DNA of 45,491 nucleotides from Burkholderiaceae bacterium (GTDB lineage Bacteria; Pseudomonadota; Gammaproteobacteria; Burkholderiales; Burkholderiaceae_C): NCBI GenBank assembly GCA_035280545.1, contig DATEFR010000066.1, positions 1 to 45,491 of the forward strand, read 5' to 3'. Shown piece by piece: positions 40,726 to 45,491 of this stretch (position 1 is its first letter; each line of letters starts with the position of its first letter). The notes under the pieces were generated by a model. It saw only the letters and a program-made list of their open reading frames with translations, ran no database searches and was not told where the DNA came from. The position numbers and the translations under genes were made by a program.

Positions 40726-41514
40726 TCATGCGGCTCGGGGCGGCTTGTTCGTCCACGCCTTCGCCGCCTCGAGCAGCGGCCCGACGATGTCCAGCGGCAA
40801 CGGGAACACGATGGTCGAGTTCTTGTCCGCGGCGATCACGGTCAGCGTCTCGAGGTAGCGCAGCTGGAGCGCCTGCGGATGCCGGCCCAGCACCTCGGCC
40901 GCTTCGGCGAGCTTCTGCGAGGCCTGCAGCTCGCCCTCGGCATGGATCACCTTCGCGCGCCGTTCGCGCTCGGCCTCGGCCTGGCGCGCGATCGCGCGCA
41001 CCATGGTCTCGTTCAGGTCGACGTGCTTGATCTCGACGTTCGTGACCTTGATGCCCCAGGCATCGGTCTGCGCGTCAAGGATCTTCTGGATGTCGAGGTT
41101 CAGGCGCTCGCGCTCGGCCAGCATGTCGTCGAGGTCGTGCTTGCCGAGCACCGCGCGCAGCGTGGTCTGCGCGAGCTGGCTGGTCGCGGTCAGGAAGTTC
41201 TCGACCTGGATGATCGCCCGTTCCGCATCGACGACGCGGAAGTACAGCACCGCGTTGACCTTGACCGAGACGTTGTCGCGCGAGATCACGTCCTGGCTCG
41301 GGATGTCCATCACCACGACGCGCAGACCCACCCGCACCATCTGCTGGATGCCCGGGATCAGGATCACCAGCCCCGGTCCCTTGACGCGCCAGAAGCGGCC
41401 GAGCTGGAACACCACGCCGCGTTCGTATTCGCGCAGCACGCGCAGCGAGCTGGCGGCAACCATCAGCACGATCAGCACGATGAACGCGATCGGAAGCGTC
41501 GTCGCGATCCACAT
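40726..41514 (-). CDS. SPFH/band-7 (stomatin/slipin-like) membrane protein, 262 aa
   Basis: The start is [22 protein letters not shown] (TM), followed by [15 protein letters not shown]...[18 protein letters not shown]...NVEIKHVDL. The ATG at 41514 has AAGGAG upstream. It lies downstream of nfeD. Confidence 0.9.
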   Translation of the reverse strand: MWIATTLPIAFIVLIVLMVAASSLRVLREYERGVVFQLGRFWRVKGPGLVILIPGIQQMVRVGLRVVVMDIPSQDVISRDNVSVKVNAVLYFRVVDAERAIIQVENFLTATSQLAQTTLRAVLGKHDLDDMLAERERLNLDIQKILDAQTDAWGIKVTNVEIKHVDLNETMVRAIARQAEAERERRAKVIHAEGELQASQKLAEAAEVLGRHPQALQLRYLETLTVIAADKNSTIVFPLPLDIVGPLLEAAKAWTNKPPRAA

Positions 41515-41540
41515 GATGCGGTTCTCCTTCTGCGTTGCCG

Positions 41541-42947
41541 TCAGGCGGCGTTGCTGACCTCCAGCACCAGGCCGCGCACGCCGGTCACGCGAACCGCATC
41601 GCCGCGATGCAGTTGGGCGGCGCCGTGCACACGCCAGCGTTCCCCGGCCACTTCGGCCCAGCCGTCGTCGCCTTCGGCTTCGAGCACGACGCCGGCCGTG
41701 CCGATCAGCGTCGTGCTGCCGCTGACGACGCGTCGGCGGCGCGCGCGTGCGGCCATCGTCCCGACGCAGACGACGAACAGCAGCGACAACGCCGCGAGCG
41801 TCGCGACCAGCCCGCGCGACACGCCGATGCCGATGCTGCCCTCGGTGTCGAACAGCAGGATCGCGCCGAAGGCGAGCGCGGCCGCACCGCCGGCGCCGAG
41901 CACGCCGTGGCTGGGCACGAAGACCTCGGCGCCGAGAAAGCACAGGCCCAGCAGCACCAGCGCGAGCCCGACGCCGTTGGTCGGCAGCATCTGCAGCCCG
42001 AACAAGCCCAGCAGCAGGCACACCGCGCCGATCACGCCGGGCGCGATCATGCCGGGGCTCGCGAACTCGAACAGCAAGCCGTAGAAGCCGACCATCAGCA
42101 GCAGCAGCGCGACATCCGGCGAGCCTATCGTCGCGAGCACGCGGTTGCGCCAGTTGGGCTCGATCGCGACGAACGCCGAGCCGGCGACGCGCAGGACGAC
42201 GGTGCGGCCCGGCATCGCGACCTGGCGGCCGTCGATCGCGCGCAGCAGCGCCGCGACATCGGGCACGACGACGTCGACCACGTGCTGCGCAAGCGCCTCG
42301 TCGGCCGGCAGGCTGACCGCCTCGCGCACCGCGCGCTCGGCCCACTCCGCATTGCGGCCGCGCATCAGCGCGAGGCCGCGGATGTACGCCACCGCGTCGC
42401 CGATGCGCTTGGCCGTCATCGCATCGGCCGGTGCGGCGGAACTGCCGCTCGCGGCGCGCTCGGCGCTCGATGCAGGCGATGGCGGTGACGACGGCGTCGG
42501 CAGCCCGATGGCCACCGGTGTCGCCGCGCCCAGTGTCGTGGCCGGCGCCATCGCCGCGATGTGGCAGGCATAGAGGATGTAGGTGCCGGCGCTCGCGGCG
42601 CGCGAGCCCGACGGCGCGACGAAACACGCCACCGGCACCGGCGATGCGAGGATCGCCTTGATGATGTCGCGCATCGCGGTATCGAGCCCGCCGGGCGTGT
42701 CGAGCTGCAGCACGACCAGCGGCACCGCGCGCTGGGCGGCGTCGTTCAGCGCCCGCACGACGTACTCGGCACTCGCCGGGCCGATCGCGCCGTCGACGCG
42801 CAACACCGTGACAGTCGCAGCGGCTGCGGCAGCCGAAGGTTCGCCCACCACCGCGGCCTGCGCGGCAGCATCCTGCGCGGCAACGCCGGCCACCAGGCCG
42901 ACCGAGAGAGCAAGCCCGCGCAGCCAAGATTGGGCGCTGCACCTCAC
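41541..42947 (-). CDS. NfeD-family membrane-bound ClpP-class serine protease, 468 aa
   Basis: It has a signal peptide, a ClpP-like domain (…[11 protein letters not shown]…SAGTYILYA…), several TM helices and a C-terminal NfeD OB-fold (…[27 protein letters not shown]). The start is a GTG at 42947. Confidence 0.85.
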   Translation of the reverse strand: MRCSAQSWLRGLALSVGLVAGVAAQDAAAQAAVVGEPSAAAAAATVTVLRVDGAIGPASAEYVVRALNDAAQRAVPLVVLQLDTPGGLDTAMRDIIKAILASPVPVACFVAPSGSRAASAGTYILYACHIAAMAPATTLGAATPVAIGLPTPSSPPSPASSAERAASGSSAAPADAMTAKRIGDAVAYIRGLALMRGRNAEWAERAVREAVSLPADEALAQHVVDVVVPDVAALLRAIDGRQVAMPGRTVVLRVAGSAFVAIEPNWRNRVLATIGSPDVALLLLMVGFYGLLFEFASPGMIAPGVIGAVCLLLGLFGLQMLPTNGVGLALVLLGLCFLGAEVFVPSHGVLGAGGAAALAFGAILLFDTEGSIGIGVSRGLVATLAALSLLFVVCVGTMAARARRRRVVSGSTTLIGTAGVVLEAEGDDGWAEVAGERWRVHGAAQLHRGDAVRVTGVRGLVLEVSNAA

Positions 42948-43031
42948 GATCGCATGCTACGCCGCGCCCGGCGCGATGGGGGAACTAATTGAGGCGCAGC
43001 TCCGTTCGCGCCGAGGTCGTACGGCCGAGAC

Positions 43032-43535
43032 TCAGCCCCGCCACAGCATGCACACCGCGCGCGCCTCGATCGCCTCGCCCAGGCCGACCGGCCCCATCTT
43101 CTCGGCGGTCTTCGCCTTCACGCTGATCTGGTCGATCGCAACGGTCAGCGCGGTCGCGATGCGCTGGCGCATCGCGAGGATGTGCGGCGCCATCTTCGGC
43201 GCCTGCGCGATGATGGTCGCGTCGACATTGCCCACTGCCCAGCCCGCGCCGCGCACGCGACGTGCCGCCTCGGCGAGCAGCGCCAGCGAATCGGAACCCC
43301 TGTATTGCGGGTCGGTGTCGGGAAAGTGAAAGCCGATGTCGCCCAGCGCCGCGGCGCCGAACAGCGAGTCGGTGATCGCGTGGCACAGCGCGTCGGCATC
43401 CGAGTGGCCCAGCAGCCCGTGCGTGTGCGGGATCTCGACGCCGCCCAGCACCAGCTTGCGGCCGACGACCAGCGCATGCGTGTCCCAGCCTTCGCCGATG
43501 CGCCACAACGGCGGCTTGATGCGGGGGGCGTTCAT
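43032..43535 (-). CDS. ispF: 2-C-methyl-D-erythritol 2,4-cyclodiphosphate synthase, 167 aa
   Basis: The sequence is [12 protein letters not shown]...[36 protein letters not shown]. The ATG at 43535 overlaps the ispD stop (ATGA). Confidence 0.92.
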   Translation of the reverse strand: MNAPRIKPPLWRIGEGWDTHALVVGRKLVLGGVEIPHTHGLLGHSDADALCHAITDSLFGAAALGDIGFHFPDTDPQYRGSDSLALLAEAARRVRGAGWAVGNVDATIIAQAPKMAPHILAMRQRIATALTVAIDQISVKAKTAEKMGPVGLGEAIEARAVCMLWRG

Positions 43536-44254
43536 AGCCGGCTCCTGAGCAGGCGTTCGGCGAGCGCGAAGTCCGCCGGGTACGTGACCTTGAAATTTTC
43601 CAGCGATGCCGCGACGAGCTTGGGCGCATGGCCCAGCGCTTCGATCGCGCCGGCCTCGTCGGTCACCGCGTCGCCGGCGCGATCCAGCGCATCCATCAGC
43701 ATGCCGATGCGAAACATCTGCGGCGTCTGCGCCTGCCACTTCGCGTCGCGGGTCAGCGTGGACTCGACCCGGCCGTCGCGTTCGGCCTTCAGCGTGTCGG
43801 CCACCGGCAGCGCCAGCAGGCCGCCGACCGGGTCGGCGATGCAGGCATCGATCAGCGCGTCGACCCATTCGGGCCGCACGAGGCAGCGCGCCGCATCGTG
43901 CACCAGCACCCAGTCGTCGCGCCGCGCGCCGCGTTCGAGCAGCGCGTCCAGGCCGTTGCGCACGCTGCGCGCACGCGTGGCACCACCGCAGTGCGCGACC
44001 GCGACACGGTCGTCAGATGCGGCAACATGCGTCGCGAACTGCGTGTCGCCGGGGCTCACGACAACCAGCACCAGGCGCAGCCTGGCGACGCTCGTCAGCG
44101 CCGCCAGCGTATGGCCCAGCACGCTGCGCGCGCCCAGCATGCGGTACTGCTTCGGGCCTTCGGCCCCGGAGCGCGCGCCGACGCCGGCACTCGGCACCAA
44201 GGCATACAGACGCGGCGTGTCGTCAGCGGAGGCAGAATCGGCGGCAAGCGTCAT
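43532..44254 (-). CDS. ispD: 2-C-methyl-D-erythritol 4-phosphate cytidylyltransferase, 240 aa
   Basis: The sequence is [12 protein letters not shown]...PKQY..., [15 protein letters not shown]. It has the usual gene order with ispF. Confidence 0.9.
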   Translation of the reverse strand: MTLAADSASADDTPRLYALVPSAGVGARSGAEGPKQYRMLGARSVLGHTLAALTSVARLRLVLVVVSPGDTQFATHVAASDDRVAVAHCGGATRARSVRNGLDALLERGARRDDWVLVHDAARCLVRPEWVDALIDACIADPVGGLLALPVADTLKAERDGRVESTLTRDAKWQAQTPQMFRIGMLMDALDRAGDAVTDEAGAIEALGHAPKLVAASLENFKVTYPADFALAERLLRSRL

Positions 44255-44260
44255 GTGGCC

Positions 44261-44278
44261 GCGAATTCTATAATTCGC
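44261..44278. promoter_or_regulatory. Perfect 7-bp-arm palindrome enclosing a consensus TATAAT hexamer in the ispD/mfd divergent region
   Basis: GCGAATT-CTAT-AATTCGC spans 44261-44278, and TATAAT lies on the + strand at 44269-44274. No good -35 element is seen. Confidence 0.35.
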
Positions 44279-44293
44279 ACCGCTGTATCGCTC

Positions 44294-44328
44294 GCCCCGG
44301 TGGCACGCCTCGCGGGGCTTTTTTCTTT
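44294..44328 (+). terminator. Terminator-like hairpin with U tract inside the mfd leader (attenuator or end of a very short transcript)
   Basis: GCCCCG (44294-44299) pairs with CGGGGC (44313-44318) around a 13-nt loop, followed by TTTTTTCTTT (44319-44328). It ends 12 nt before the mfd ATG. Confidence 0.45.
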
Positions 44329-44340
44329 GGCCCTGGCCGC

Positions 44341-45491
44341 ATGCAACTGCCTGTTCTCGTTCCCGGCAAACGCTACACCCTGCCTCGCCCGTCAGGCTCG
44401 GCCGATGCCTTGCTGCTGGCGCGTTTCGCGCAGGCGCAGGCCGCGCAGGGCAAGCTCACCGCGATCGTCACCGCCGAGCCGGCCGACACCCAACGGCTGG
44501 AGGACGAGCTCGCGTTCTTCGCGCCGGGCCTGCGCATCGCGGTGTTTCCCGACTGGGAGACGCTGCCGTACGACACGTTCTCGCCGCACCAGGACCTGAT
44601 CTCCGAACGCCTCGCGACGCTGTGGCGCATCAAGCAGCAGCGCGATGTCGATGTCGTGCTGCTGCCGGCCTCGACGGCACTGGTGCGGCTCGCGCCGCCC
44701 AGCTTCCTGGCCGGCTACACCTTCCACTTCAAGCAGAAGGAAAAGCTCGACGAGGCCGCGCTGAAGGCGCAACTCACGCTCGCCGGCTACACGCACGTCA
44801 GTCAGGTCGTCTCGCCCGGCGAGTACGCGGTGCGCGGCGGGCTGATCGACTTGTTCCCGATGGGCTCGGCGGTGCCGTACCGCGTCGACCTGTTCGGCGA
44901 CGAGGTCGACTCGATCCGCACCTTCGACCCCGACACGCAGCGCAGCCTGTACCCGGTGCCCGAGGTGCGGCTGCTGCCCGGCCGCGAGTTCCCGATGGAC
45001 GAAGAGGCGCGCGCCGCGTTCCGCGCGCGCTGGCGCGAGCACCTCGAAGGGGATCCGACCAAGTCCCGCATCTACAAGGACATCGCGCAGGGCATCGCCA
45101 CCGCCGGCATCGAGTACTACCTGCCGCTGTTCTTCGACGAGGCGGCGACGATCTTCGATTACCTGGATGACGGCGCGATGCTCGCGCTGCATGGTGAGGT
45201 CGACGAGGCGCTGCAGCGCTTCTGGGCCGACACCCGAGAGCGCCACCGCTTCCTGCAGCATGACCCCGATCGCCCGGTGCTGCCGCCGGAGAGCATCTTC
45301 CTGCGCGTCGAGGACTTCTTCGGCCAGGTCGGCCGGCACGCCGCTCTGAGCCTGCGCGGACACGAGCCAGTCGACTGGGCGCGCCCGCTGCCCGACGTCT
45401 CCACGGACCGTGGCGCGACCGAGCCGCTCGCCGCGCTCGAGAAGCATCTCGATACCACGCCGCATCGCGTGCTGCTCGTGGCCGAAAGCGA
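44341..45491 (+). CDS. mfd: Transcription-repair coupling factor, N-terminal part (partial, continues past the right edge)
   Basis: This is my own translation from the ATG at 44341. It is absent from the track because no stop is reached. It reads MQLPVLVPGKRYTLPRPSGSADALLLARFA...FPDWETLPYDTFSPHQDLISERLATLWRI...GGLIDLFPMGSAVPYRVDLFGDEVDSIRTFDPDTQRS..., the UvrB-homology module of Mfd. Confidence 0.9.
   Translation, partial: MQLPVLVPGKRYTLPRPSGSADALLLARFAQAQAAQGKLTAIVTAEPADTQRLEDELAFFAPGLRIAVFPDWETLPYDTFSPHQDLISERLATLWRIKQQRDVDVVLLPASTALVRLAPPSFLAGYTFHFKQKEKLDEAALKAQLTLAGYTHVSQVVSPGEYAVRGGLIDLFPMGSAVPYRVDLFGDEVDSIRTFDPDTQRSLYPVPEVRLLPGREFPMDEEARAAFRARWREHLEGDPTKSRIYKDIAQGIATAGIEYYLPLFFDEAATIFDYLDDGAMLALHGEVDEALQRFWADTRERHRFLQHDPDRPVLPPESIFLRVEDFFGQVGRHAALSLRGHEPVDWARPLPDVSTDRGATEPLAALEKHLDTTPHRVLLVAES

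Noticed and set aside
44301-44316. TGGCAC at 44302 as a sigma-54 -24 element upstream of mfd
   Set aside because: The required -12 TTGC is absent (the sequence is TGGCACGCCTCGCGG), and the hexamer lies in the loop of the hairpin described above.

Overview
Very GC-rich chromosomal segment, roughly two-thirds G+C by eye. Gene content, PEP-CTERM proteins and repeat style suggest a betaproteobacterium of the Burkholderiales type; that is inference only, since no search was run. I support about 40 protein genes, one tRNA, several hairpins/terminators and one REP-like palindrome. I saw no CRISPR array, IS element, integrase or recognisable defence gene.

Gene order, left to right:
- A kinase-like partial ORF that leaves the left edge.
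- A D-galactose-1-dehydrogenase-like gene.
- A JmjC/cupin plus TIGR04325-like methyltransferase pair.
- The methylcitrate operon prpC-prpD-prpB, with a divergent XRE/ScfR-type regulator.
- A minus-strand envelope cluster: lipoprotein with five Ig-like repeats plus six NHL blades, orphan REC-TPR response regulator, LpoB/FlgO-like-TPR-OmpA lipoprotein, PBP7-like endopeptidase.
- An HxlR regulator and lipoprotein pair.
- ribBX.
- An eight-gene polyol/ketose operon: split transketolase, FGGY kinase, RbsABC-like transporter, embedded SorC regulator, SDR.
- A 1043-aa orphan protein with a LysM-like N-terminus.
- A lower-GC islet of about 2.1 kb (orphan PEP-CTERM fragment, small ORF, PEP-CTERM protein, 189-aa ORF) abutting tRNA-Val(GAC).
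- relA, translationally coupled to an alpha/beta hydrolase.
- A SIMPL protein, ompR-envZ, DUF2214, a PL1 pectate-lyase lipoprotein, nfeD-SPFH, ispDF and the 5' part of mfd.

Most worth a second look:
- The orphan LysM-like giant and the PEP-CTERM remnant directly behind it.
- The uncharacterised NHL / REC-TPR / OmpA / PBP7 envelope cluster.
- The JmjC plus TIGR04325 pair.
- Terminator-like hairpins in unexpected places: between ompR and envZ, and in the mfd leader.

All family calls rest on motif recognition in the translations, not on database searches.
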